Assembly: GCA_964614065.1 (NCBI GenBank)
Contig: CAZTJJ010000001.1
Span: 9,028-73,027, forward strand
DNA length: 64,000 nt
Origin: an uncultured Thermotogae bacterium
GTDB lineage: Bacteria > Bipolaricaulota > Bipolaricaulia > M55B111
Direction of reading: 5' to 3'
The translations under genes were made by a program, and so were the position numbers. This document shows, piece after piece, positions 49,169 through 58,876 of this stretch. The notes beneath the pieces are model-generated. The model was not told the DNA's origin, searched no databases, and worked only from the letters and a program-made list of their open reading frames with translations. Every line of letters begins with the position of its first letter. Position 1 is the first letter of the stretch.

Positions 49169-51325
49169 ATGGCGAGAAAAAAGTTTGCTCGGGTCGCCGT
49201 TTTCTTACCTATAGACAAAATATTTGAATACTCTGTTCCCTCGGAACTGGCAGGAGAAGTGACCAAGGGTTCTATATGCGAGGTTCCATTTAGAGATAAG
49301 GCCGAACATGGTGTGGTTCTTGACCTCCAAGAACAAGGAAGTTATGAGGGAGAGTACAGCGAGATATCCCGGTTACTTTCTCCTGTTCCACTGTCTGATA
49401 ATTTAATTAAGCTGGCAGAATGGCTCTCCGAATCCACACTCACTCCATTAGGACAGGTTTTCAACCGCATGATTCCCGCTGATCTTTCTATTAATCCAAG
49501 GAAGAAAAAGGTTATAGGCATTAACGCTACCTTTTCACGGGTGAAAGATTTTGTCGAGGAATTCGGTTCCCGCGCGCCAAAGCAGGCCGCTTTATTGAAG
49601 TTGCTTTTATCGACCGATGGTTACATGACTAAACGAAGATTGTTAGATGAAGCAAGATGTTCTAGGTCTCCTATCGACTCTTTGATAGGAAAGGGATTGG
49701 TGCGTGAAAAGTCTGTGCCGAATCTCTCTGATGATTCCGTGTGGTCTGACTTAACCATCGCGCTTGCCAAAGGCAAAGGAAGTCAGGGGAAGGCGAGAAT
49801 TCGAACTAATACTTTTGGAGTGTTTACCGTTCCTGGAGAGTTGAGATCAAGGTTGCAGGTGTACCTAAACTGTATAGATAAGCTAGCATCTGAAGGTAGC
49901 GTGTTGGTGCTCGTTCCCAATACGTTCAGGGCTGAGGAAACCAAAAGGTTGATCAACAGAAAATTGAGTCTCAGCTGTTATGCTTACCATAGTGGGTTGT
50001 CAGCAGGAGAAATATCCAGGCGCTGGCAACTGGTCCAGTCTGGCCAACCAGACGTAGTTGTCGGGGTCATAAATGCGATCTATTTACCTTTTCCTGACCT
50101 TCGTGGGATAGTCGTGGACGGGGAGGGCGACAGGAATTATGCGTTAACTGAGCAGGACCCCAAAGGAAACCTTGTGGATATATCTCTGTATCGAGCGAGA
50201 TTAGAAGATGTCCCAATTCTACTCGGAGACTCGAGCCCTTCTGTATCCACGTATTATGCTTCCACTCGTGGAAAGGCAACTTCTTTAACTCAGTATTTCT
50301 TCCCTGAAGCCGCGGGAACAGCTGATTTAATCATCGAAGACACCAGCTATTTAGCTGGTACACGCAGTTTAGGTAACGTCATGAAAGAGAGGGTGCTTGA
50401 AACCATTTCCGAGGATGAGCCCGTCTTGTTGATCGGTGAGCGGACCAGGCAATCAAATGTCATAATATGTGGTGATTGTGGGAAAGTGATGAAGTGTCCA
50501 AATTGTGAGGTAGCCTTAAAATTTACTAGTTCGGGCCATTTTGGCTTTTGCCCATATTGTGGATATAAGGAGGAACTGGTAACTTGCCCGAACTGTGGCG
50601 GCGAAAACCTGAATTTCCTCGCAGCTGGTTTGGAAGAAGTTGAGTCAGAATTAACTGATTTTTTGCCGTCCGCTTCCATAGAGAGGTTCGATTCCAGAAC
50701 GAGTGGCCCATACCAGCTTTTCCAGCTAGTTCGTAAATTGTTGACCGGAGAGCTTGATGTATTGATGGGTACATGGGTTGCTGCTAGTTACTTTCTTTAT
50801 CACAAGGTAGGGCTTGTAGGATTACTGGATCCAGACTTAGTGTTAGACTGGTCGAGTTATCGCTCTACGGAAAGGTTTATCAAGAAGGTTCTTCGTGGAT
50901 TAGATTTGGGCGGAAAGGATGGTACTTTGGTTGCCCAGAGTTATCATCCTGATAATCCCGTAGTGAGTGCCGTGCGCTCGCGCCAGTGGAAAAGAATTTA
51001 TCAAGATGAGCTTGCTTCAAGACAAAGACTAGCCTACCCACCTTTTATTGATCTGGTTGAGGTTCACGTTAAAGCAACCGAAGAGGATGAAGTTAGGGCT
51101 ATTGCCACTGATTTGAAGGATAGAGTTGCCGGGCTGGCAGGGGTTAATGTTGTGCTTGGTCCGGTGAAACTACATCCGAATCCAAAAAGTGGCGAATACG
51201 AATTGAAGCTTTTGGTCAAAGTGAATTACTTAAGTAGCTTCTTGGAAAAATTACCGGAGGTCCTTCAGAGCATTAATCGTGATCAGATACGTTTAGTGCC
51301 AGTCTTTTCGAGATTTGACCCTTAG
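49169..51325 (+). CDS. priA: Primosomal protein N' (PriA) homologue with degenerate helicase motifs.
   Basis: 3'-BD N-terminus 'ARVAVFLPIDKIFEYSVP...GSICEVPFRDK'; Cys4+Cys4 zinc-binding insert 'CGDCGKVMKCPNCEVALKF...CPYCGY...CPNCGG'; PriA-like core 'LVLVPN...YHSGLSAGE...IVVDGEGDRNY'. The Walker A lysine and the DEEH box are absent. Confidence 0.8.
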   Translation: MARKKFARVAVFLPIDKIFEYSVPSELAGEVTKGSICEVPFRDKAEHGVVLDLQEQGSYEGEYSEISRLLSPVPLSDNLIKLAEWLSESTLTPLGQVFNRMIPADLSINPRKKKVIGINATFSRVKDFVEEFGSRAPKQAALLKLLLSTDGYMTKRRLLDEARCSRSPIDSLIGKGLVREKSVPNLSDDSVWSDLTIALAKGKGSQGKARIRTNTFGVFTVPGELRSRLQVYLNCIDKLASEGSVLVLVPNTFRAEETKRLINRKLSLSCYAYHSGLSAGEISRRWQLVQSGQPDVVVGVINAIYLPFPDLRGIVVDGEGDRNYALTEQDPKGNLVDISLYRARLEDVPILLGDSSPSVSTYYASTRGKATSLTQYFFPEAAGTADLIIEDTSYLAGTRSLGNVMKERVLETISEDEPVLLIGERTRQSNVIICGDCGKVMKCPNCEVALKFTSSGHFGFCPYCGYKEELVTCPNCGGENLNFLAAGLEEVESELTDFLPSASIERFDSRTSGPYQLFQLVRKLLTGELDVLMGTWVAASYFLYHKVGLVGLLDPDLVLDWSSYRSTERFIKKVLRGLDLGGKDGTLVAQSYHPDNPVVSAVRSRQWKRIYQDELASRQRLAYPPFIDLVEVHVKATEEDEVRAIATDLKDRVAGLAGVNVVLGPVKLHPNPKSGEYELKLLVKVNYLSSFLEKLPEVLQSINRDQIRLVPVFSRFDP

Positions 51326-51520
51326 GGATATCGTTCCCCCACCGTTATTTTACTGACTCGATTTGATCTAGCCGCAAATCCAGTATACCATTAGTTAACT
51401 TCGTAACTTGGTCTACTGCTGCAGTAGTTATTAGAAATGCTTGTGGGTTGGATGAACTTATCCATGTAATCTTGATGTTGGTCCTGCGAAATTATTGACA
51501 ACAAGTCGCACCGATATGTA

Positions 51521-53830
51521 ATGGATAGATTTAATACCAGTGGATTGTCGAATCCGGTTTATTGTTTCTTAATCTGCATATTCGTCTTCTCGTTGGGATA
51601 TGTAGTAGTTGGCCAATCTTACCGGCCAGTTGGAAAAGCCGATCCAATTATTGCTTATATACTTGATAGACAACAGCGAGTATCTAATTTATCTGACACT
51701 GAGCTAAAACTGGAATCTTTTATTGGTTCAATTGATCTGTACAGGGATAATTTATTTTTCCCTGCATCTGCCGGGATCAAAGGTACTTGCTCGCGAAACA
51801 GGGTTACGGAGAAGGAGCTTGACAAAACCGGTATGTATGACATTGGGGTAATAGCAAAATTTACAAAACCTGCCATATATGTAGATATGCCTGGATTGAC
51901 CATTACTTCCACCATGGGCAGAATTGCGACTGCGATAGCCAATGTAAATTCCATCTCATCTCTTCTGGCAGCCGACGATGTGGAATATCTTGCTTCCTCA
52001 CGACCCGTGTATCCCTTACTTACGGAGAGTGTACCTGCTGTTAATGCGGCGTCTTTACACAATACCCAGCCAATGGATCGTGGCGAAGGCGTGATTATTG
52101 GGTTCGTCGATTCCGGTATTGATTACGATCACCTGGATTTCCGCCGTGACGAGGACGGTCAAATCCCCGGAGAGGAGACGTCCCGGATTTCATTTATATG
52201 GGATCAGACGGATGGCTATGGGTTACCGCCAAATGGCTACAGTTACGGGAGTGAATACTCGAAAAGCCAGATAGAACAGGATATCCGCTCGGGATTGGGT
52301 CCTACAGAGGGAGCAGTAAGAGAGGTGGATGAAGAAGGTCATGGAACTCACATTGCCGGGATAGCTAGTGGGGATGGGTCTTCTTCAGATCTCGGGTTCG
52401 TGGGCATGGCTCCTGATTCATCTTTGATCTCCGTGAAGACGACTTTTTCAACAAGTTCTGTCCTGGATGGGGTTAGCTACATAGAACAAAAAGCTTACGA
52501 ACTCGGCCAGCCCGTGGTTGTTACAAATCTTTCATTGGGAACCCAGTACGGTCCACACGATGGAACGTCTTTATTCGAGGAAACATTGACGAATCTCTCT
52601 TCCGATAGCCACATTATAGTGGTTTCAGCCGGGAATTCCGGCGATAAAAATATTCATCTTGGAGTGGATACGTATCTAGGAATGAGTGAAGAGTACTCGA
52701 TCTACCTTCCAGTTTATAGTCCTTCTTCTGAAGTTTCCGATCATTTTAATCTCGATGGGTACTACGACAGTGGTGGTTATATAGAGGCCAAGGTAATTGG
52801 TCCAGATCAGGCTGAGACTGATTGGGTAGGTAAGGGTGAAGCGGCTTCGTTTGTAATGAGCAGCGGTAGCGTGCTTATCTCTAATGGCCCATCGACCATT
52901 ACTGGTGATACTCAATTGTTTGTTCGGGTTGGTGATTTACAACCAGATACCCCTCCTGATCCAGGCAATTGGCGATTGCGTATTCGGGCAGCTTCGTCGT
53001 CTCGATTGGATATGTGGGTAAGCAGTAATTTGCTCGGAAATGCCTGTAGGGATATCGAATTTTCGGAGGGCAATACGAAGATGACGATTGCAGAGCCAGG
53101 TAACGCTCGGGACGTAATAACGGTGGGCTCATTTAATACGAGAAATAGTTGGGACGGGAAATCCGTTTTCGGCTTTCCAGCTGGGAGCTTATCTGATTAT
53201 TCAAGCAAAGGTCCAACGAGGGATGGAAGAGTTAAACCGGATGTTTCTGCACCTGGGGCGTGGGTGGTATCTACTTTATCTGGATCAGCGAATGTTGATG
53301 ATTTTTATCTAGTTTCAGACGGCTTGCACTGGTCTATGGCTGGCACCAGTGTTTCTGCACCTCACGTCGCTGGTGCGACTGCTTTAGTTTGGTATGCAGC
53401 ACCAGAATCCACTGGTGCTGAAGTAACCGCTCGGCTATGTGAGACAACAGATTCCGAAGGGGTGTTCTTGCCCAATAACGAGTGGGGATGGGGTAAACTG
53501 AACGTGGGAAAAAGTGTATTTAGTTTCGGGATTTCAGGCGATGAACTGGATCAAGATCTGTGGATTCGAGCTACTCCAAACCCAGCTCAGGAATACGCGG
53601 ATCTTTTTTATAGTTATCCCGAAGGTGCTGCGAAGTTAAGGATTGAGATTTATAATGTTCTTGGCAGGGTTGTCAAGGAGATTGACGAAAGCGAATTGAC
53701 CGACGGTTTGAAGTATCGGTGGTATTTAAAAAACGATGATGGCATACCACTTGCAAACGGACTCTATATTTACTTGATCAGGATTGAAGATCGATGCTCC
53801 GATTTGAGTAGACTTGTGATAAGGAGATAA
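51521..53830 (+). CDS. Subtilisin-like (S8) serine protease with a C-terminal T9SS/Por-type sorting domain.
   Basis: S8 triad contexts 'GFVDSGID', 'HGTHIAG', 'GTSVSAPHVAG'; C-terminal ~80 aa 'NPAQEYADLFYSYPEGAAKLRIEIYNVLGRVV...NGLYIYLIRIE' resembles a Por_Secre_tail/FlgD-Ig CTD. Confidence 0.85.
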   Translation: MDRFNTSGLSNPVYCFLICIFVFSLGYVVVGQSYRPVGKADPIIAYILDRQQRVSNLSDTELKLESFIGSIDLYRDNLFFPASAGIKGTCSRNRVTEKELDKTGMYDIGVIAKFTKPAIYVDMPGLTITSTMGRIATAIANVNSISSLLAADDVEYLASSRPVYPLLTESVPAVNAASLHNTQPMDRGEGVIIGFVDSGIDYDHLDFRRDEDGQIPGEETSRISFIWDQTDGYGLPPNGYSYGSEYSKSQIEQDIRSGLGPTEGAVREVDEEGHGTHIAGIASGDGSSSDLGFVGMAPDSSLISVKTTFSTSSVLDGVSYIEQKAYELGQPVVVTNLSLGTQYGPHDGTSLFEETLTNLSSDSHIIVVSAGNSGDKNIHLGVDTYLGMSEEYSIYLPVYSPSSEVSDHFNLDGYYDSGGYIEAKVIGPDQAETDWVGKGEAASFVMSSGSVLISNGPSTITGDTQLFVRVGDLQPDTPPDPGNWRLRIRAASSSRLDMWVSSNLLGNACRDIEFSEGNTKMTIAEPGNARDVITVGSFNTRNSWDGKSVFGFPAGSLSDYSSKGPTRDGRVKPDVSAPGAWVVSTLSGSANVDDFYLVSDGLHWSMAGTSVSAPHVAGATALVWYAAPESTGAEVTARLCETTDSEGVFLPNNEWGWGKLNVGKSVFSFGISGDELDQDLWIRATPNPAQEYADLFYSYPEGAAKLRIEIYNVLGRVVKEIDESELTDGLKYRWYLKNDDGIPLANGLYIYLIRIEDRCSDLSRLVIRR

Positions 53831-53834
53831 TTAC

Positions 53835-54785
53835 ATGTTTAGCCGAAAAAGGATTGCGGGTAAATCGCTTGTCTTTTTCTTTATTTTACCCTTGCTGGTA
53901 GTTTGCTCTTCCCTGGCTGGATACTCTTCGTCCGGGGCAGGGGGAGGTTGTGATAACGTGGCCGCGATATTTGATCTGGGAATGGGAGCGCGTCCCATGG
54001 GGATGGGTGGGGCCTTTGCCAGTTTGGCTGATGATGAAAATGCAGTGTTCTATAATCCCGCTGCTCTCGCTTACCTTGATAGGGTCGGAGTTACGTCTCT
54101 TTGGTCCCCTCAATTTGGGTTGATCGATTACGGCGGTTTGGGGTTGGCCGGCAAGTATTTTGGATTAAACATGACTATTCTATCTTCAAGTCTCATACAA
54201 ATCCCTAACGAATTCAGCGCCCCTACAGGCGATAATTTTACTTATTTGAGCAGTGGAGGGGTTGTAGGTTTTGGCCTCCCCCTAATTGATAATTTGTCTT
54301 TTGGCGCCCGGTTGAAATACTATTATTCCCACTTATCTATTGACTCTGCAGGTGATGGGTTTGGATGGTCGGTGGAGCCTGCATTGCTAGCGAAAGGTGC
54401 TGGTTTTAGGTTTGGTCTTATTTTCGAAAATGCTCTTTCGAGTGATTTGAGGTATGGAAATTCTTATAAGGAAGAATTTAACCGGGCTATTCGATTGGGT
54501 GTTTCTTATCGGACTATGGTGACCACGAACGTCAGTGTGGTCATGTTGTCTGATCTCGAATCGGAGTTTGATGACTTGATCAACGCTGACCTTTCTTTCT
54601 TAAAGCCGTATGTGGGTATCGAGGTTTGGGCTGACTCTTTGGGTGTAAGAGCTGGTTACAATCAAAGTGGGGTGACGATTGGTTCGTCTATTGATTTAGA
54701 TTTTGTCAGGTTGGATTGGGCATATATTGCTTATCACACTGGGATTGATGGTAGTCATAAAGTGTCTCTAACTTATAGATTTTGA
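53835..54785 (+). CDS. Outer-membrane beta-barrel protein, FadL/PorV-like.
   Basis: Signal peptide; N-terminal 'GMGARPMGMGGAFASLADDENAVFYNPAALA' matches the FadL/PorV-family motif; alternating beta-strand pattern; C-terminal '...YRF' (the OMP terminal Phe). Confidence 0.55.
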   Translation: MFSRKRIAGKSLVFFFILPLLVVCSSLAGYSSSGAGGGCDNVAAIFDLGMGARPMGMGGAFASLADDENAVFYNPAALAYLDRVGVTSLWSPQFGLIDYGGLGLAGKYFGLNMTILSSSLIQIPNEFSAPTGDNFTYLSSGGVVGFGLPLIDNLSFGARLKYYYSHLSIDSAGDGFGWSVEPALLAKGAGFRFGLIFENALSSDLRYGNSYKEEFNRAIRLGVSYRTMVTTNVSVVMLSDLESEFDDLINADLSFLKPYVGIEVWADSLGVRAGYNQSGVTIGSSIDLDFVRLDWAYIAYHTGIDGSHKVSLTYRF

Positions 54786-57700
54786 TATACCGGTTGATTT
54801 TTGTGCATATAAGGTCTCGCTGGAATAAATTCTTCTTAATTTTTCTATATATTCCTTTTGTAATCACTCTACTTGTTGGTCTGGAGGCACACCCGCTTAC
54901 AGTTCAGACTGAGTCATTTAAAATTCAGTTGGCGGGAAAAAAGACCTGGGACCTCAAATTCGGGTTGGGTGACGGAACCAGCCTATCTAGAGTTGGTTAC
55001 CCTGACGACTCTTTTTCATTACAACAATCATTAGTCGTTGACCTATCAGGGGAACTTGGGGACTATTTTTCAGTTGCTGCCGATTTGAACGACAGCGAGC
55101 CAGGTTATTTACAGGAATTTAGATTATCTATGGATACGGACAACTGGGATGGTACTCTTGGGAACTTTTCCGTGGGTCAGAAGCATAATTTTACTGTTTA
55201 CAACAAAAAATTACTTGGATTGAGGCTCTCCGGCCAGGTGGAAGAATCCCAGCTTGAAACAGTATTGGGACGGCTCCAAGGTATATCTGAAACTGAGGTG
55301 TTTTATGGCAAAACTGCTGAGGCCGAGGTTACTTTCAGCCTCTATGAGACAGATGAGGGACTTGTAGAGAGAGGTTATAAGACAAATATTAAGGGCCTCG
55401 AGCATTTCGGCTTGGATCAGCAGTACGTGGAAGGATTTACGGATCCCACCCTGGATTTTCTTCTCTCTCAGGGGCTGTGGGATTTTCTGGCAGATTGGGG
55501 GTTTAGCTATTTAAAGGATACGATTGAAGTCGAAAACAGTAAAGAAGTTAGTTCAGGCCGGTTTAAAGTGGTTAATGTTAAGAAGGATTTTCTTATTTTA
55601 ACTGCCAGTAGGTTATCCCTCCTCCGATCCAGGATAAAAAGCTATATTTCAGACTATAACGAGGACCAAGCGGACGAGGAGCAAAAAGAGTACCCATTTA
55701 ACGAAAACACGAAATACGAACTGAATTTTCTCCGCCAGCTTCAAGAATACGTAAGGTTGGTAGTGGGGGATGAGAAACTGCAATTATCAAATTATGAGCT
55801 TTATAGGTTTTATTCGCTGGAAGAGACGAGCATTGAGGAGGATTCACTCTCTGTAGAAGTCTACAAAAATAACCAATGGACGTCGGTGGGATCTTTACCA
55901 AATTACAGTTATAAATTGTTTACGGATCAGGGAATAATTGATTTGGATTTCCCCCAGGATTTTTTCAATGAGCTGAAGAAGAAGAAGATAGAGGTGTCTT
56001 TCCAATACGAGATATCAGGAAACATGTACATGTTGGGATTTTCTGTGGCCCCCAATAGTGAACGCGTTTATCTAAATGGCGATTTACTTACCAAAAATAC
56101 GGATTACACGATCGACTATGAGACGGGCTCGTTGCTTGTGTTTAGAGAGGTTGGCCCCGATGATAAATTAAAAGTTGACTACGAGAGGGCCCGTGGAGGA
56201 ATTGGTGGTTATGCTGAGTACCCAAGAAACTTATATGGTTTCACCATGAAAATGAAGTCTGATTACGGGCTAGGACTTACTGTCAGCACTTTTCAAGCTG
56301 GTGACCAAGCTGGCGAAGATATATCCGCCGAAATCCCAATAATGCCTAATGTTCACACTGTTGCCGGTGTCGATGGTAAGTATCAACAGAATGGCTGGGA
56401 TATTAACTTTCAGATCAGCGGGAGCATTAACGAGTTTCCTGTTGGAGATAACCAGCGAAAGAACCTAACGAATAGAATTAACGATGTACTTAGCTTATCG
56501 GAGAGTGGTTATGACTTAACCTTATTTGCTCATCAAGATGGTTTTACAGTCCTAAAAGGGGAAGACTGGCTGTCATATGGTCCACAAGACGGGCTAGCTG
56601 GTACCTGTGTATCGGATGCTTTGTTGGTCGATAACTTGTTGGTACTTGCCGTCAGTTCGGGAATTACTACAATAGAGCTTGTCGGTGAATCGCCGTTGGA
56701 TAGGGCTGTCAACTGGGAAAGTTACTACGATCTGGACAACTTGGATGATTTAGAGGTTTTGGATCTGGCTACTGATGGTCAAACTGCTTGGGTAGCGACG
56801 GGTTCTGGTGTCTTTGGCGCTAGTTTGACCAATCTGGATGAGGATGATCCTTGGGGTCTGATAACTTCGAGCAAATTTGATGATCTTTCGGTTACTGAAA
56901 TTGAATATACCGGTGGTTATCTCTGGTTTGGAACTAGTCAAGGGTTATATCTGTTTGATCTTGAAACCGAACAGCTCGTTCAGGATGACCCGTTATTATC
57001 CCAAGAGGTCGTCGAGTTGAAGGCGCAGTTTGACGATGTTTTAGTGGTTACTACCGCTGGAATATCCAGGATTAATCAAAACTTGGAACCCGTGAATCTG
57101 TTAACCAGTTCTTCAGTGATGTCGTTGGCGGTAAGCGGGGAAGAAGTCTGGTACGGTACTGATAGTGGTTTTTCAAAAATTGGTTCTTCACATAGGTATG
57201 GGGAAAAAGAGATTACAGCTATATTGGCATCTGAGGAGGGAGTGTGGGCCGGTAGCAAAGGATATACATCTCAAGATAACTACGATATACTTCTTTATCT
57301 GTTAAGGGATAATTTAACAGAGTACAGTTCAACTGACACTTCTATACCAGGTAAGGATGAAAATCGTTATCGAAATATTGATCCGACTTTCCATACGGAT
57401 AGAGGTGTTGCAGCTAACGTGGATGTAACCAAGACTTTTACCCTCTGGTCGAGGGAGTTTTTCTTCTCTACGGGCACCGAGTACCGTCAACCAACGTACT
57501 CAGAAATAGGTAAATTTACAGAAGCAGATAACCTTATTGCTGGGGTCTCTCTGGGTGGTGAGCTATTCAAAGGATTTAACTTGGAAGCTAGCGGGGATTA
57601 CTCATTAACTTCGTTTTCAACTGAAGAAAACACCCTGGTTACAACCACGAGCTTGCTGGCTGAGTGGGATTGGTTTGTTAACAGTAGTGCCGAGGTTTAC

Positions 57701-58747
57701 TGGAAAGAGAAGCAGGATGAGACTAGGGAGATTGGTTTGAGCTTCCGGGGGATAAAAGGTCTCTGGGAGGATAGATTGAATTTGGAATTCGGCCTCTCCG
57801 GCGTAGATGAAATAGATCTGAAGGATGAAAGTTCTGATATATATGCTAGCCTTTCGTCGTCAGCTAATATTACCCTTATTGAGTCCGTCACTTTTAATCT
57901 CTCTTATTCGGTCCCCCTCGCCTTTGAACCATTTACGAAGGAGGAGGCAGAGACGTTGGTTTGGGATTTTGCTCTTTCTCGGGGGTTTCCTTTGGGATCG
58001 AATTATGGCTTAAAGGTGCAGTTGGATGATAAGGGACAGGTGGACGATTTGCTTACATCGGGCGAGGTGGATTTAACCAACCAAACAGAGCTTTCTTTAG
58101 ATTTTGATAAAATAGACTGGGGGCTTGCTACCCTCTCACCGTCTACTCTCTTTTCCTGGAAGTTTTCTGGTTCCGCTAACAAGATATCTGGAAAGATTAG
58201 TGGGAATCTTGGCGTGGATGATCTTAAAGCTCGCCTTTCATTAAGCAGGAAAGCAACATTACCTATTAATAGTCAGTTGGTCAAAATTAAGGACCAGCTC
58301 TCTGGAAAAGTTGACTATAGCCTGGGTCAGGTTACACCAACTTTGTCCTATGGTTTAGGGAGGACAAGTTTACAACACCCAACCTACGGTCACCAAACAC
58401 AATATACCGGCAACTTGGCTTTTTCATCTGGTTGGCGACCTTTTACGAACGTGCGAAACAAGGTAACAATTGGCATTGATTATGAATCTGAAAGTGATTT
58501 TTCTTACAGGCTTTTCGATCAAGTCGACTGGGAAATAATAACTAATCTTACCCCTCAATTTAGTTTCGATCTGGATTACGTGCCTTCTACAGAAGAGTTC
58601 GATTTTACTGCTAGGGCGGAGACTTCCTATCCCTTTTCTGATATGTGGGGTTTCTCGTTCACATCTGGGTTTAATTGGGGGATAAAGGAATCCGGTAATA
58701 TTTATACTAGTTTCTTTGGCGCTACGGGGTTGAAGGTTACATTCTAG
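54782..58747 (+). CDS. Giant hypothetical outer-membrane protein (1321 aa) with internal beta-propeller-like repeats and a C-terminal barrel-like region.
   Basis: N-terminal hydrophobic anchor; Reg_prop-like repeats ('GGYLWFGTSQGLYLFD', 'EEVWYGTDSGFSKI'); long amphipathic-strand C-terminal region ending 'GLKVTF'. Overlaps the upstream barrel gene by 4 nt. Confidence 0.6.
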   Translation: MIYRLIFVHIRSRWNKFFLIFLYIPFVITLLVGLEAHPLTVQTESFKIQLAGKKTWDLKFGLGDGTSLSRVGYPDDSFSLQQSLVVDLSGELGDYFSVAADLNDSEPGYLQEFRLSMDTDNWDGTLGNFSVGQKHNFTVYNKKLLGLRLSGQVEESQLETVLGRLQGISETEVFYGKTAEAEVTFSLYETDEGLVERGYKTNIKGLEHFGLDQQYVEGFTDPTLDFLLSQGLWDFLADWGFSYLKDTIEVENSKEVSSGRFKVVNVKKDFLILTASRLSLLRSRIKSYISDYNEDQADEEQKEYPFNENTKYELNFLRQLQEYVRLVVGDEKLQLSNYELYRFYSLEETSIEEDSLSVEVYKNNQWTSVGSLPNYSYKLFTDQGIIDLDFPQDFFNELKKKKIEVSFQYEISGNMYMLGFSVAPNSERVYLNGDLLTKNTDYTIDYETGSLLVFREVGPDDKLKVDYERARGGIGGYAEYPRNLYGFTMKMKSDYGLGLTVSTFQAGDQAGEDISAEIPIMPNVHTVAGVDGKYQQNGWDINFQISGSINEFPVGDNQRKNLTNRINDVLSLSESGYDLTLFAHQDGFTVLKGEDWLSYGPQDGLAGTCVSDALLVDNLLVLAVSSGITTIELVGESPLDRAVNWESYYDLDNLDDLEVLDLATDGQTAWVATGSGVFGASLTNLDEDDPWGLITSSKFDDLSVTEIEYTGGYLWFGTSQGLYLFDLETEQLVQDDPLLSQEVVELKAQFDDVLVVTTAGISRINQNLEPVNLLTSSSVMSLAVSGEEVWYGTDSGFSKIGSSHRYGEKEITAILASEEGVWAGSKGYTSQDNYDILLYLLRDNLTEYSSTDTSIPGKDENRYRNIDPTFHTDRGVAANVDVTKTFTLWSREFFFSTGTEYRQPTYSEIGKFTEADNLIAGVSLGGELFKGFNLEASGDYSLTSFSTEENTLVTTTSLLAEWDWFVNSSAEVYWKEKQDETREIGLSFRGIKGLWEDRLNLEFGLSGVDEIDLKDESSDIYASLSSSANITLIESVTFNLSYSVPLAFEPFTKEEAETLVWDFALSRGFPLGSNYGLKVQLDDKGQVDDLLTSGEVDLTNQTELSLDFDKIDWGLATLSPSTLFSWKFSGSANKISGKISGNLGVDDLKARLSLSRKATLPINSQLVKIKDQLSGKVDYSLGQVTPTLSYGLGRTSLQHPTYGHQTQYTGNLAFSSGWRPFTNVRNKVTIGIDYESESDFSYRLFDQVDWEIITNLTPQFSFDLDYVPSTEEFDFTARAETSYPFSDMWGFSFTSGFNWGIKESGNIYTSFFGATGLKVTF

Positions 58748-58876
58748 TGAGCACTCAGAGCCCCGGAAACTAGGAACAAAAAGTTTTGTTCCTGCCCGTG
58801 CTTTTCGGCTTGGATGCTTGGATATTACTATTTATAATTATTTTGCATCAACCAGTAGTTGTAAAGGAGGTATCAC

